64,000 bases of DNA, from positions 10,106,001-10,170,000 of the forward strand of contig OX597824.1 of assembly GCA_951406725.2 (NCBI GenBank), in the 5' to 3' direction. A model generated the notes under the pieces. That model worked only from the letters and a program-made list of their open reading frames with translations. It did not search any database and was not told the origin of the DNA. A program made the translations under genes and the position numbers. The first letter of the stretch is position 1, and every line of letters begins with the position of its first letter. This document shows, piece after piece, positions 38,158-51,314 of the stretch. Source of the DNA: Octopus vulgaris. Lineage: Eukaryota.

Positions 38158-38567
38158 TTACTTATAAGTACTTATAACTCAAGGGTATCACAGGTCACCA
38201 TCACCCCTTATCCACCCCTCAATCCTACCCAGTCTCTGTAGTTACCTCCTACTCTTTCCTATCTCCCCTACTAATCATCCCTCTACATTTATGCAGAATG
38301 TAGAGAGTTGGAACAAATACTGCAAAGCATTCTGTTTAACATTTTAATGAGTCTGTCAGTTTGCCACATGTGAGAGGATGTTGGTATCTGCGGTAGAGGG
38401 AGCTAAGAGACATTTAAGAGGATAGTATTTAGTTTAGACCTGAAAAGTTGGGTCTTACAAAGCTTATGTTAGATGCAAAGATACTGTATGGCATGGATAG
38501 ACTGACTGGAAGTGTTTTCATTCTTTATGAAGTTAAGGCTATGCTTCCTGCTAGGAGCACCAAAATG

Positions 38568-38993
38568 GGATCTTTTCGGTTTGAACGGCAGTTTTTTCTT
38601 GTGGTGTCATATGAAATTGTCACCCATAATTATGACCCTAGTATTGATCTATTGCATTTCAATCTGTTTTAGGGTTAGGGTTAGTTAGGGTTAGGAGTGG
38701 GGGGGAAGGGTATCTTTTTTCTTCACAAATGTAAATAAACCCAATCTGTTTCTCAAACGAGGGACATATTCATACGGCACAGAATGTTGTTTACCTCAAT
38801 AGACGTCATTGATTGGTTGAAATTGCAGAAATTGAGGAAAAAAACAACAAATATCTTACAAACTATAGAATTTTCTCAATAAAGCCAAGAGAAAAAGATG
38901 TTTTATAAACACATTCTACCAGTATATGAAGTTTAAAATTTTTTAGTTACCTAGAAATTATGTTAAAAACTGCCGTTCAAACCGAAAAGATTC
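38568..38993. mobile_element. Same MITE family, copy 3 (reverse orientation)
   Basis: TIRs present; TSD CCAAAATG at 38560-38567 and 38994-39001. Confidence 0.85.
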
Positions 38994-39108
38994 CCAAAAT
39001 GACTTATCTTAAGAATATAATAGATTAACCAGTTGAAAGTAGACACAGACATAGATTAACAATTTCAACTATATGTCTGGCAACTGAATATGCTTGATCA
39101 ATTTTCAG

Positions 39109-39339
39109 TGACCCGACACCCCTTTCAGCTGAGCCCGAAGCATCTCCATCACCAAAAAGTGCCACTTCAGAAATATGTTCAAGCAGTCAGGTGGAATCCC
39201 TCAGTCCATCAGTAGAATCTGGTGATGTGACAGACTCAGCATCTCTAAGTGAGAAAAACAAACCGATTCCACAGATAAAATCTTCTGATGAAATTGTTGC
39301 TGCTGCTGCTACAAATGTTTCTAAAAGCCAAGAGCTTGA
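39109..39339 (+). CDS. BDP1: BDP1 coding exon 5
   Basis: ttttcAG|T GAC CCG...GA|GTaagt; 231 nt, phase 2-2, Ser/Pro/Glu-rich open frame. Confidence 0.7.
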
Positions 39340-41107
39340 GTAAGTTGTCTCAATATTTTCTTCATCTTTATAATTGGAACTATTTCTGGTTTTCTTCCTC
39401 AATTTCAGTAGTTTTATGTTTTCAGATTATGATATTTTCTTACAAATTGTTGGAGCAGGTTATTTAGATTATTGATGTTTTACCTACTTTTAACTCTTCA
39501 ACTGTGAAAAGTTTTCAGCAAAGCAAATGAAGCAGGCTGTGTGATACATCATCATCATCACCGTTTAATGTCTGCTTTCCATGCTAGCATGGGTTGGACG
39601 ATTTGACTGAGGACTGGCAAACCAGATGGCTGCACCAGGCTCCAGTCTTGAACTGGCAGAGTTTCTACAGCTGGATGCCCTTCCTAACACCAACCACTCC
39701 GAGAGTGTTGTGGGTGCTTTTACATGCCACTGGCACGAGGGCCAGTCAGACAGTACTGGCAACGGCCGTGCTCAAATGGTGCTTTTTTACGTGCTACCTG
39801 CACAGGAGTCAGTCCAGCGGCACTGGCAACGACTTTGCTTGAATGCTTTTTCACATGCCACTGGCACAAGTGCCAGTAAAGTGATGCTGGTACATCCAGA
39901 TAAATTGCATTGTACCCCTACATCACAACACAATAGATTTAGTAAGGGTTCAACTTTTAGACGACCATTCTGTTTGGTAATTCAATCTAATCAACTATAA
40001 AGGTGGGGGAGAAATTATACTCAATTTTCAGCTGAGAAGATGGAAGAAATGGGATCATGCAGTGATTGTCAAGCATTTTCATCCACAACACGCTGAAGAA
40101 GGCACTAAAAGTGTCAAAGAACACCAGAAGCATTAAAAAATTTTTTATTATGCCTGCACCATAAGTGTATGTATGTTTATCTATGAGGCATGTCAAACTT
40201 GCTCATGAAGGTATCACAATACAGTTCATGTGCCTAATTTATTTTTATGTCCCAGTCTTACTGGTGTATTTCATTTATGTTAAAGCAAAAGTACAACATC
40301 ATACAAATATGATTGATGGGGTAGGTTGAGTCAGGTGATCCATTTAGTTTCCCTCTCCTCTTCTTTATATTACTGATTTATTTTATCAACAAGAAAGTTT
40401 ACTTGCCAAGATCTGAATTCAAGTTGTGTGGTACTAAACTGTAAATAATTCATAAGCCGAATTGTTTGAGATCTATTGAGTCAAGTACATCAACATCAAA
40501 AAATCAAATGGAAATTGTAGTTGTGATACCTGTGCCGGTGGCACGTAAAAAGCACCATCCGAACGTGGCCAATGCCAGCGTCGCCTTGACTGGCTTCCAT
40601 GCCGGTGGCACGTAAAAAACACCAACCAATCATGGCCATTGCCAGCCTCTCCTGGCACTTGTGCCAGTGGCATGTAAAAAGCACCCACTACACTCATGGA
40701 GTGGTTGGCATTAGGAAAGGCATCCAGCTGTAGAAACACTGCCAGATCACACTGGAGCATGGTGCAGCCTCCTGGCTTCCCAGACCCCTGTCAAACTGTC
40801 CAGCCCATGCTAGCATGGAAAACGGATAGTAAATGATGATGATGGCAGTATTTCATTCTTTATAAAGCGGCTGGCTAACAGAATCATTAGCATGCTAGGC
40901 AAAATGCTTTCTGGCATTTTGTCCGTCTTAATGTTCTGGATTCAAATTCTGCCATGGTTGACTTTGCCTTTCATCCTTTCAGGGTTGATAAAATAAATAC
41001 CAGTTAAGCACCAACTTAACCATTCCCCAAACTTGTTGATCTTGGGCCAAAATTTGAAATCAGTATTTCACTCTTTCTCCATTTTTTTTTTAATATTTTC
41101 CGTCTAG

Positions 41108-41344
41108 AACCAAATCCCCTGTTTCAAGACGTTCAAAGTTTCAAGTAAGACCAAAGTTGGGAATTACCAAAAGACCAGAGAACACAACTGAAGAATGTGC
41201 AAACCAAGAAACTCAAAAGTCAACAAAAATTTTGAAACCAACCATCTCCAAATTACCTTTAACCAAAGCTGTTAAAAATTTGGGAACAGCCAATAGCTTT
41301 ACTAAGCTGGTCAATTCAGAACCAGATGGATCTTCTACAGACCA
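41108..41344 (+). CDS. BDP1: BDP1 coding exon 6
   Basis: tctAG|A...CA|GTaaga; 237 nt, phase 2-2. Starts TKSPVSRRSKFQVRPKL. Confidence 0.78.
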
Positions 41345-41472
41345 GTAAGATATCTCTGACTTTTATATATATTTTTTGCATGTTTTTATTTAAATATTGG
41401 AAGAGAAAAAATGTGGTTTGAAGCTATATTATGTTTCAAAACCTGAATTTTCGTTTATTTATTAATTCAGTT

Positions 41473-41725
41473 GTGGAGGCGCATGGCTTAGTGGTTAGGG
41501 TGTCAGCACCATGATCGTAAGATTGTGGTTTCAATTCCTGGACCAGTCGACACGTTGTGTTCTTGAGCAAAACATTTCATTTTACATTGCTCCAGTCCAC
41601 TCAGCTGGCAAAAATGAGTAACGCTGCAATGGGCTGGCGTCCCGTCCAGCTGGGGAACACGTATGCCATTGAAACTAGGAAACCAGGCCCATTATCCTGA
41701 TTAGGCTTTAAAAGGGTGCATTTAT
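41473..41725 (+). mobile_element. tRNA-derived SINE, third family (representative copy)
   Basis: GGCGCATGGCTTAGTGGTTAGGG...GGTTTCAATTCC supplies A and B boxes. Related copies at about 7140-7320, 12880-13140, 13870-14230, 26731-27030, 59140-59305, 62300-62845 and 63126-63510. Confidence 0.8.
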
Positions 41726-42574
41726 TATTTATCTATTATTCATTCAGTTACCACTCCTGTGTAAGATAAAAAATACATTCACTAGAAAAATCTTCTGCCT
41801 GATTAACATACCTTTCCTCAGTGAAAAAAAAAAGCATCAATTTCTGATCTATCTCTTATAGATTAAAAAATCTCACTCTATCTCTACATGAATACGTCCA
41901 GTGGTGACTGCTGTTCTGTTTCTTGCTATCCATAGTTAGTTTCTTCCCTTAGACCATACAGCAAACATTTCTTGCTGTCTTAAAATACTTCAGATCTATA
42001 GGAGATGTTTCCATTTGTTACACTACTCCTCACATCAACTGCCTCAATTTTCTCATCATTCTCTTGATGTAAGAAAGGCCTTCATTGGCCATCAAGCTAA
42101 ATATTTGTTCAGATTACTCACTGAAGAAGATTATTCTCTTAATTTCACTAATTAGTATATGTCTTATAACTTTACTGAACACTTCCCCCTCTTCTATTTA
42201 GAACCCTCTCTTCTGACATACACTCATACATACCCTCTCTCTCACACACAGTCATCTCTGCATATCGGGTTGATAATACTTCTCTAACTACCATTTTTAA
42301 TGGCATAGAAGATGCACAGACATATTAGAATCCCCTCCATTTCAGCAGCACATATTAAGGCCAATAAAAGGTTTTAGTACATTAAAGCTTATTGGAAGCC
42401 CAATTTCTTTTATAGTATCTGGGATAATTCTTTGAAACATATATTTGGGGAAAATGCTACAAGTCCTATGAAGTAAGTATCTTAAGACTTTATGGAGGTG
42501 GTTGGAAAGATATCATTATGCTGTTATTTGAAGTGAAATAGAAGAGATATCTTTGTGTCTTGCATTCTATATAC

Positions 42575-42825
42575 TATTAGTAGCACTACTACCACACAAC
42601 TATCAGTAGTACTATTACTACTAAACTATTACTAACACTTCTAGCTCTATGACCACAATAAACTACCAATAACACTACAAGTACAGTTGTAGCTCTACTA
42701 CTACTACTACTATAATTATTACTAGCACCACCACTACTAGTACAGCTACTACTACTACCGATATTCTATCACTACTATTAGTAACATCATTATGACAATT
42801 CTACTACTAATACTATTTTACTATT
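42575..42825. repeat. Degenerate (ACT)n microsatellite
   Basis: Seen directly; ends at the acceptor of BDP1 exon 7. Confidence 0.85.
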
Positions 42826-42829
42826 GCAG

Positions 42830-42956
42830 CACTCCTCCCAAAGTTCCAAGGATCATGAAGGATGATAGCCATGTAGACAACACCAAACAGAAGGATTATC
42901 TGGTCACCTTGCCTAAGACAGTTACAAAATCCAGAAAAACTCTTCCTCTTCGAGAG
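42830..42956 (+). CDS. BDP1: BDP1 coding exon 7
   Basis: ttgcAG|C...GAG|GTaaag. Phase 2-0, which links exon 6 to exon 8 in frame. Confidence 0.75.
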
Positions 42957-44038
42957 GTAAAGTCTTTTTTTCATTCACTGTTTCTCAAATAAACATTTGT
43001 GTGGCTTTTTTGAATGTTTTTCATTGATCTTGTGGTGGATTCCATGCGGTTAACCTGATGTTCTTTCATCTCTTTGCCTACTATGTGGAACTAACCATTT
43101 GCTCTCCTGCTTCTATCAACCATTTGGTACATTGACCAGTTGACCTTTTCCAGTAGGGAATTAAGAGGCCCTTCTCATTCCTTGCCATCTAACGAGGCTT
43201 ATTAATTGGATGTTCCTCCTCATCCTCCTCTCATTGTTCTCCTTCTCATCCTTCTTCCATACCAGTGAAAATACTAACCAGACATAACTGGTTTTAAATT
43301 TTAGCACAAGGCCTGCAATTTCATGAAAGCAGGTAAATTGATTACACTGACCCCCACTGCTCAACTGGTACTTCTTTTATCAACCCAGAAAGGATGAAAG
43401 GCGAAGTCGCCAAATTTGACCTCAGAATGTCTGAAATGCCACTAAGCATTTTGCCAGGTGTACCAACGGCTCTGCCATCTTGCACCACCTTAAAGGCACA
43501 ATAAACATTGATTTCAAATTGTGGCACAAGGCCAGCAATTTGGAGGGAGAGGTTAAGTTGATTACATTGACCCCAGTGCTTAACTGATACTTATTTTATC
43601 GATCCCAAAAGGATGAAGGGCAAAGTTGGCCTTGGTGAAATTTGAACTCAGAACGTAAAGGCAGACAAAATACTGCTAAGCATTTTGTCCAACATGCAAG
43701 TGATTCTTCCAGCTTGCCGTCTTATAACCAGACATAATAAACCAATACAGATTACACAAGATACATTAGGATTAGAAGAATGGTGATTTGCTGGCTTCCC
43801 ACCTTATAATATGTAAATCTACAACTTATATTAGCTGGACCTTTCTTCTTACTTTTGAATTTAAAGGTTAAGGAATTTGAACATCTCAGTAGTTAAAATC
43901 TGTAAAAAGTTTAAATAATTGTTATGAGTGACAAAACTAGATTTAAAAAAAAATTTTATAAAATTCAAATTAAAAGGCAAAACAACAACAACAAAAAAAA
44001 AACTAGTTGTTAAGAAACTTATTCCTGGATGCTTTCAG

Positions 44039-44148
44039 AAACAAAAGAAGCCTGACCTTTCCGAACATCCTGCTGACAAGCCACCAGATCGATCTAAAAT
44101 GAAAATGAGGGATTTAATATATTGGAATCCAATATCAAGTCCTATGAA
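44039..44148 (+). CDS. BDP1: BDP1 coding exon 8
   Basis: Encodes PPDRSKMKMRDLIYWNPISSPM, matching the conserved BDP1 motif PPDRSKMTMRDFIYY. Confidence 0.93.
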
Positions 44149-45319
44149 GTAAGTATCTTAAGTCTTTAGGGATGTGGTTGGGAAGATATCATTAAGCTGT
44201 TATTTGAAGTGAAATAGAAGAGATTTTTGGTATTCCACAGTGAAGACTTTATTGAGTTGATATACGAGATATCTTTATGATAACTCCATACTTTAAAGCT
44301 GCTCAAAGCTGACAGGTGGTATGGTTATTCAAAGAGAACTGACCATCTATTAGCAATATCCAACTGTAGAAATATTCGCTCCATCAATTTATATACTAGT
44401 ATCAATTATATACAAGCATCTTAATACTAGTATGGTTCTAGGTTGTCTCACTGTGTGACCCATTGGGTAAGTGTCTTCTATAGTACATGACCCAATCAAA
44501 GCCTTGTGAAAGGATTTGGTAAATGGAAACTGAAAGAATCCCATCTTATGTTTGTGTGAATGTTTGTGTCTCCTTGTTTTGACATTACATGATTGTTGTA
44601 AATGAGTGTCACTGTCATAGAAGCAGTGTCATTCATTTCCAATATTCTGCAAAAATATGTCTAATCATGGAGAAATATTTGCCTTGCTTAGAAACAGGTA
44701 AGGGTTTGCAACAGGAAGGGTATCCATTCATGGAAAATCTGCCTCGATAAACTCCTTCCAACCCATGTAAAAATGGATGTTAAAATTATGATATTAAGTC
44801 GGTCAAAATTATCAAAAAGGAAAATGGTGAAAATTGCCATGGATTGGCTCCCATGCCAGTGGCACATAAAAAGCACCATTTGAGCATGATTGTTGCGAGC
44901 GTCGCCTTACTGGCACATGTGCTGGTAGCACGTGAAAAACAGCATTTGAGCATGGCTGTTGCCAGTGCCGCCGGACTGGCTCCCGTACAGGTAGCACACA
45001 GAAATCACCTTTTGAGTGTGGTCATTGCTAGAACCACCTGAGTGGTCCTTGTGCCAGTAGCATGTAAAAAGCACCCACTACACTCTCGGAGTGATTGGCG
45101 TTAGGAAGGGCATCCAGCTGTAAAAACTTTGCCAGATCAGATTGAGCCTGGTGCAGCCTTCTGGCTCACCAGTCCTCAGTCAAACCGTCCAGCCCATGTC
45201 AGCATGGAAAGTGGACGTTAAACGACAATGATGATGATGAATAATTATGAATTTTTGTAGTGTATTAATATCTGCTGTGGTTTTATCTTTACCCTTCTTC
45301 TCCATGTTTAATTTTACAG

Positions 45320-45469
45320 ATCTCCCGAAAAGAAAACTACTCGGACAATACGAATTGGAGAAGAAGTGCCACCTAAGGTCCCTGAAACACAAAGTAATGA
45401 AAACGAGCCTTTTGCAGTGCCTCAGGTTAAGATTGGTGCCGATGGAAACATTGTTATCAATGAAGAAAG
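45320..45469 (+). CDS. BDP1: BDP1 coding exon 9
   Basis: Encodes AVPQVKIGADGNIVINEES, matching the conserved BDP1 linker (VPRVKVAEDGSIILDEES). Confidence 0.93.
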
Positions 45470-45589
45470 GTAATCTATCAAAGTTATCCTAAGTCGTATT
45501 GCTATTTAACTTCTAGGCTAGGTAATTCTCTACTTTTCTAAATTTGTCAGAATATTTTAGAATTCGTATTGGGGAAACACCCTGTAATA

Positions 45590-46410
45590 CAGTGGAACCT
45601 TGGCTTGTGAATGCCTCTCATCACAGACAAATCAGTTTGCAAACAATTTTTTAGCATAAAACATCTTGGGTGATGAATGGTGTTCCAAGTAACAAACATT
45701 CATGCCAGCAACAACAGTTGGCAACAAGCTGGACGTATCGAAGGGAGAGCATCAGTTGTCTAGCTTTCACCATGCACATCCCTGCTGCGATTAACTGCTT
45801 TCTCTTGACTTTCTTATGGGAAAAATACTGTAAATCTTCGAGTATAGTCCGCCCTTGAGTATAATACGCAGGGAATTTTTAGGGGGCTGTACCTCTGAAA
45901 AGCCCAAACCTTGTGTTTAATATGCACCCCTTCTCTAACTTGAGTTGTGTGTAATTAGGCCAGCAACACCTAGTTGAACAAACACTTCTGCGTATGCGTA
46001 ATACAATAATGGTGATGTTCTTAACTGTTATATGGGAATGTAAATATGTTTGCAAATTGTTTTTGCTACATGTTATTCTGTGTTAATACTTTTATTTTAA
46101 TAAATGTTACTTACTGCAAGTTATGAATGATTCTTTTATGACTTCATTGCTTTCAGGTATTTTCGCACCCGACATCACAAAATGCGTCTGAATAAACATT
46201 GCCAGACAGCAAATAGAGACTCAGACATTGCTTAGAAAATATTTTTTCATTTTTAACCTTGTATATAGTACGCACTAAGGATTTTGACCTTTAAATTTTG
46301 GGGGAAAAAAATGCAGATTATACCCGATTTACGGTAGTTTCATTTTACAAACATTTTGGGTGATGACCAGCCTTCAAGAATGCATTAAATTCATAAACCA
46401 AGGTTCCATG
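45590..46410. mobile_element. Tc1/pogo-like MITE containing a second nested TA-target MITE (45828-46334)
   Basis: Outer element TA|CAGTGGAACCTTGG...CCAAGGTTCCATG|TA; inner element TA|CTGTAAATC...GATTTACGG|TA. A relative of the outer element lies at about 62863-63090. Confidence 0.75.
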
Positions 46411-46485
46411 TACTTACACTGCTGCTAATTTTATTTCTATCTTCAGTTTTCTTCTGCTGTAAATATTTCTTAATTCCTTCAACAG

Positions 46486-46610
46486 TTTAGTAATCAGCAA
46501 TACTCAACCATCAGCTCCTATTTGCTCCGAGACTGTAGACGAGACGGATATTTATTCAAATTATGGTAGTTTCCGGAAATATACTCCCAAGTCTAAATGG
46601 TCTCTGAAAG
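46486..46610 (+). CDS. BDP1: BDP1 coding exon 10
   Basis: Encodes LVIS...YSNYGSFRKYTPKSKWSLK, the start of the extended SANT/Myb domain. Confidence 0.93.
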
Positions 46611-47442
46611 GTAAGTATTTCCTTTGGAAAATTTATTTTTTTAACAACCCCGCCCCTGTTCTTTGAGATGGTTAAGATTCTGAAATATTGGGCTGAAGGT
46701 CAAACCTTTATTTAAGCCTATCAACAGTCAACTTTTGTCAGTGTTGGTTATCTGTTTAAAAGACATCCATCCATTTGTTTCCACTACTTACTATTGCTGG
46801 GAAGGTAGAGTTGGGGTAGAGTCCTCAGGCATTTCTTCTATAAATTCTATCAGAAGCAATTAGCATTACATTTTATGGTTGGATTCCAAGTATGACTGAC
46901 TGAGACGGTGGATATCCTTCAACCATCTTGCTCTTAGGTCTCCTGTCAGTTGGCTTGGCTTAAAGAAGAATCTGTCTTGCAGTCCTTCTCTGTGGCATTT
47001 TAACCACATGTCCATAGTACCAAGCTGTAATGTCTCAGTGAACTAAAATTATTTGCTCTAACAATTCTATAAATATTACCCAGAATTTCCATTTCATGAT
47101 TAATAGAATATTGGAGAATTTATTGGCAAGAATTGATATTTTTAATTTCAATTAAACTGACTATACCCTTGTCAGCACTGAACTGATCTTTTAACTAGTC
47201 AAAAGAAATATATTTTGTATTGTAAAAGTGTGGTAACGACGTTTTGTTAAAGGACTCTTTTTTTTAAACACATGGTGTCTCATTAGCATAAGGGAGATGA
47301 GATAATCATTTCTTATATAATATTTGGTGGGATTAGAAATTTGAAATCGAGGTTCAAAGATGCATTTCTCCATTTCAAATTCAAACTTTGTTTTAAATTT
47401 CTATTTTTCATTTTGTTCCTTTTTAAATTTTGTTATCTTCAG

Positions 47443-47537
47443 AAACAAAGAAATTTTTCCTGGCTCTAAGTACAGTTGGAACTGATTTCTCAATGATGTC
47501 AAATTTGTTTCCCAATAAAACTAGGAGAGATCTAAAG
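47443..47537 (+). CDS. BDP1: BDP1 coding exon 11 (SANT/Myb-like domain)
   Basis: Encodes ETKKFFLALSTVGTDFSMMSNLFPNKTRRDLK, the diagnostic BDP1 SANT sequence. Confidence 0.96.
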
Positions 47538-47600
47538 GTCAGTATTAATTTGATGGGAATTTCATATTTGTCATGTTGTTCAGTGTTTATTCAAATACAG

Positions 47601-47643
<43 letters not shown>

Positions 47644-48928
47644 TTAGATATAAAACCACTATTATGCAACTCAAACAGTGATAGACATAAATCAATACAT
47701 AAATAACAAATAATATATATATTTTTATAAAACATATAACTAGGTCTCAAAAAGTATAAAAATGAATGATCAGTATATAATATAATAAGTAAAAACACTA
47801 TGGACATTTCATGGTTACAATTAAGTTCAACTTAAAATTATAGTCAGTCTTCAGGTTAATGATAACAGTTAAATAAATAAGCAAATAGAGTTAAACAATA
47901 TTTAAGAAATAAATAAAATGATAATTTTTCTTATAGAAAAATAACTAAATTAGAAACTTAAAACATTAGGATTATTTCATACAACACACACACATACATA
48001 TATGTATTTGTGTATGTGTATTCGTTGTGACATAATGTTTTTGAAAGATCATTATAGTCATAGCATGTGTGGCCATGGGAAAATATTACCTTGTTTGGAA
48101 GCAGTCGAGAGTTGGTTTTCAGGAAGGGATTCAAGCCATAGAAAATCTAACTCAACAAATTGTGTCTGATCCGTACAAGCATGGAAAAATGGATGCTAAA
48201 TGATGTTGATGGCTTGAATCTTCTATTTTCGTTTTTAATTCATTTTGCATGTAATTCTAGATTCATATTTCATAGCCAGAGCAGCTAACTGGCGTTCGTG
48301 CTGGTGGCACGTAAAAACCACCATTCGAGCGGGATCTTTACCAGTGTCGCCTTACTAGCAACTTGTGCCGGTGTGCAGGTGACACTTAAAAAAAAAACAC
48401 GATTTTTCGTGACTGTTGTCAGTACCGCCTGACTGGCCCTAGTGCTGGTGGCACATAAAAGCACCCACTACACTCTTGGAGTGGTTGGCGTTAGGAAGGG
48501 CATCCACAAGATTGGAGCCTGGTGCAGCCATCTGGTTCACCAGTCCTCAGTCAAATCATCCAACCCATGCTAGCATGGAAAGCAGACATTAAACAATAAT
48601 GATGATGGTAAGTGTTTTGTGATTTGACAGAACTAGTGAAGATTGGCAGAGAAAATACCTTGCTGTATTTAGTTACACCCCTTCATATTCTAAGTTCAAA
48701 TCCTTTCAATGGTTATGGTTGGGTAGGGGTCAATAAACTAAATACCAGTCAAGTACTGGGGTTGAACTAATTGACTGTACTCTCCACAATTTATAGCTTT
48801 GTGTTTATGTTGGAAAGTTTTTTTGGTTTTGTAAAGCAATGAATTTATTATAACTAATTCAGTGCTTTAAAGAAAATGTATTTTATCTCATCCTATTGTT
48901 GCTTATTGAATATTATTTTATATAATAG

Positions 48929-48983
48929 AATAAATTTAAACGTGAAGAGAGAAAAAACAGATGGCTGATAGACAAAGCAATAA
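48929..48983 (+). CDS. BDP1: BDP1 coding exon 12 (end of SANT domain)
   Basis: Encodes NKFKREERKNRWLIDKAI, matching BDP1 NKFKREEKxNxxxIDKA. GT-AG sites, phase 0-1. Confidence 0.95.
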
Positions 48984-49181
48984 GTAAGTATAAGTAGTCA
49001 CTCAGTTTTTCCTCGGTACTTAAGATCACTAACACATTTACACTTAAAATATGCGAATAGTATTTCCTGCCAAGATGAAAAGTTTTCCCTTTCAACTTAC
49101 ATTCATTATTGACCCAAACATGCTTCTCTTTTAAACGGTTTGAGAATAAATTTTTGCTGTTATTTACGTGTTTACCTGCAG

Positions 49182-49343
49182 AACAACAGCTACATTTTGA
49201 CGAACATTTGTTTGAAGACAAATCTGAGAGCGAAGATGAGGCAGACGAAGAGGAAGCTTCTGCCAAGAAGACGAAGGCTGCCAAAATAAAGAAGAATAAT
49301 AAAACAGCAGCTGCAAATACTTCCAAGAAAAAACAAAAGAAAG
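49182..49343 (+). CDS. BDP1: BDP1 coding exon 13
   Basis: ctgcAG|AA...G|GTtag. Encodes QQLHFDEHLF, then acidic and Lys-rich (NLS-like) tracts. Phase 1-1. Confidence 0.85.
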
Positions 49344-51190
49344 GTTAGCTTTTTTGCTATTGATTTTCATTTCTTCTTGTCTTTCCTTTAGCACCTTGAA
49401 TATTGTGTAACAACTGAATTGTCAACACACTCTTTTTCTTATGTTTTCACACTGATTCTGTAACACACTGTGGTGTTTGTCTGCAAATTAGGTCATGCAT
49501 CTACACATAGACTGGCACATCTATGCACTGAGTGACATAGTTGTTGTGAGCTATATAATATGACTGGCCCCAGTCAGTTCCTGTTTACAACACCCACTCA
49601 CAAGGCTTTGTTTGGCCCAGGGCTATAGGAGAAACAACACTTGCTCCGGGTGCCATACAGTAGGATTGAATGCGAAACCATATGGTTGGGAAGCTAGCAA
49701 CTTAACCACATAACCACACTATTGTCTCTAGGTGAAAGCATGGAAGTGTGGTTAATAAGTTTGTTTTGTAACCATGTGGTTTCATGTTTGGTACTACTTC
49801 ATGCCATGTTGGCAAGCGTCTTCTATTATATCACTGGCTTGACTGAACCCAGTGTGAGAAATTTGGTGGACAGAAACGTACAGAACCTCGTGTGTGTGTT
49901 TATATCTATGTTCAGCATCACTCTGGTACCATTTATCAAATGGTTTTCATGTTTACGTTCCACATGTTCCAGGTCTGCTGTTTATGTAAAGTTATGAAAT
50001 AGAGTACTATATTATTATTATCATCATCATCGTCGTTTAATGTCCGCTTTCCATGCTGGCATGAGTTGGACGATTTGACTGAGGGCTGGCAAACCAGATG
50101 GCTGCACCAGGCTCCAGTCTTGATCTGGCAGAGTTTCTACAGCTGGAAGCCCTTCTTAATGCCAACCACTCCGAGAGTGTTGTGAGTGCTTTTATGTGCC
50201 ACCAGCACAGGGGCCAGTCAGGCGGTACTGGCAACGACCTCGTCGAACAAAAAGGCTAACTGACCATACAGTACAGCCCCATTTAGTGGTGGCAGCATGT
50301 TATTGAAGAGAGACAGACACAGAGCTATGGCTAGACTAGTTAACAGAGTATCAAGTGATGTAATCATTTTCAGAAAAGATGAGGACATTTCATATATTGT
50401 CATAGGTTATCATAAGGAATTATCTCTGTCTGTGTGTCCATCCATCCATCCATTTCACTTTTTTATTCAGAAGATTTAACTTCTATTGGAAATAATTAAC
50501 GATCACATTTTAGCTATTATATGAAATGTAATTTATATAAACCCTCTAAAAAACTAGTTATTAAATCATTAATCAGTGATTTTTCTTGGGGTTGATAAAA
50601 TAAAGTACTAGATGAATACTGGGGCCTCTATAGTCAACTGACCCCTTTCCTGTAAAATTGCTTGCCTGGTGCCAAAACTTGAAACCATTATTATTATAAA
50701 TATTGAAATATAAAAAAAACACATTGTTAACTCTTTAGCATTTAAACCAGTCATATCCAGCTCAAATATTCTACCTGTTTTATGTTCAGACCAGCTAGAT
50801 CTGGCCTCTCGCACCTACCCTACAATATCATCATTTTAATGTCTGTGTCCCATGTTGGTATGGATTGGACAGGAGTAGGCAAGCATAAGATCTGCACCAG
50901 GCTCCAGTCGCCTGTTTTGGCATGGTTTCTATGGCTGGATGCCCTTCCTAATGCCAACCACTTCACAATGTACTGGGAGCTTTTTACGAAGCACCAACAT
51001 ATCGTTCTAAAAATATACAATCATATCATTGAAATCTGAAAGCTATGAGATAATGCATGATAAATTCAAAGCAATTTGAATAAATAAGCATTACATTTGA
51101 CAATAATTTAAATGCTAAAGGATTAATATTATATTTGCTTCAAAAAAATTGTTTATCTTCCATTCAACAATGAATTTTTACCCTGCACAG

Positions 51191-51314
51191 TTTGCAAAAA
51201 GGATTTCATCATTGAGTCAGAAGCTGGTTCCTCTCCCCCACAAGAAGTTGTTATGGAAGAAGCTGTCCAAGATGATATAATCATCATACCAGAACAGGAA
51301 CCTTATGTTTCAAG
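51191..51314 (+). CDS. BDP1: BDP1 coding exon 14
   Basis: gcacAG|TT...AG|GTtcgt. Phase 1-2, open frame linking exon 13 to the last exon. Confidence 0.72.

Noticed and set aside
39129-39339. Alternative acceptor for BDP1 exon 5 at 39128
   Set aside because: It gives phase 1, incompatible with the upstream phase 2 donor. The acceptor at 39108 fits.
50374-50405. Possible extra BDP1 exon (ttttcAG...ATAG|GT)
   Set aside because: In the required phase it contains a stop codon, and exons 13 and 14 already join in frame.
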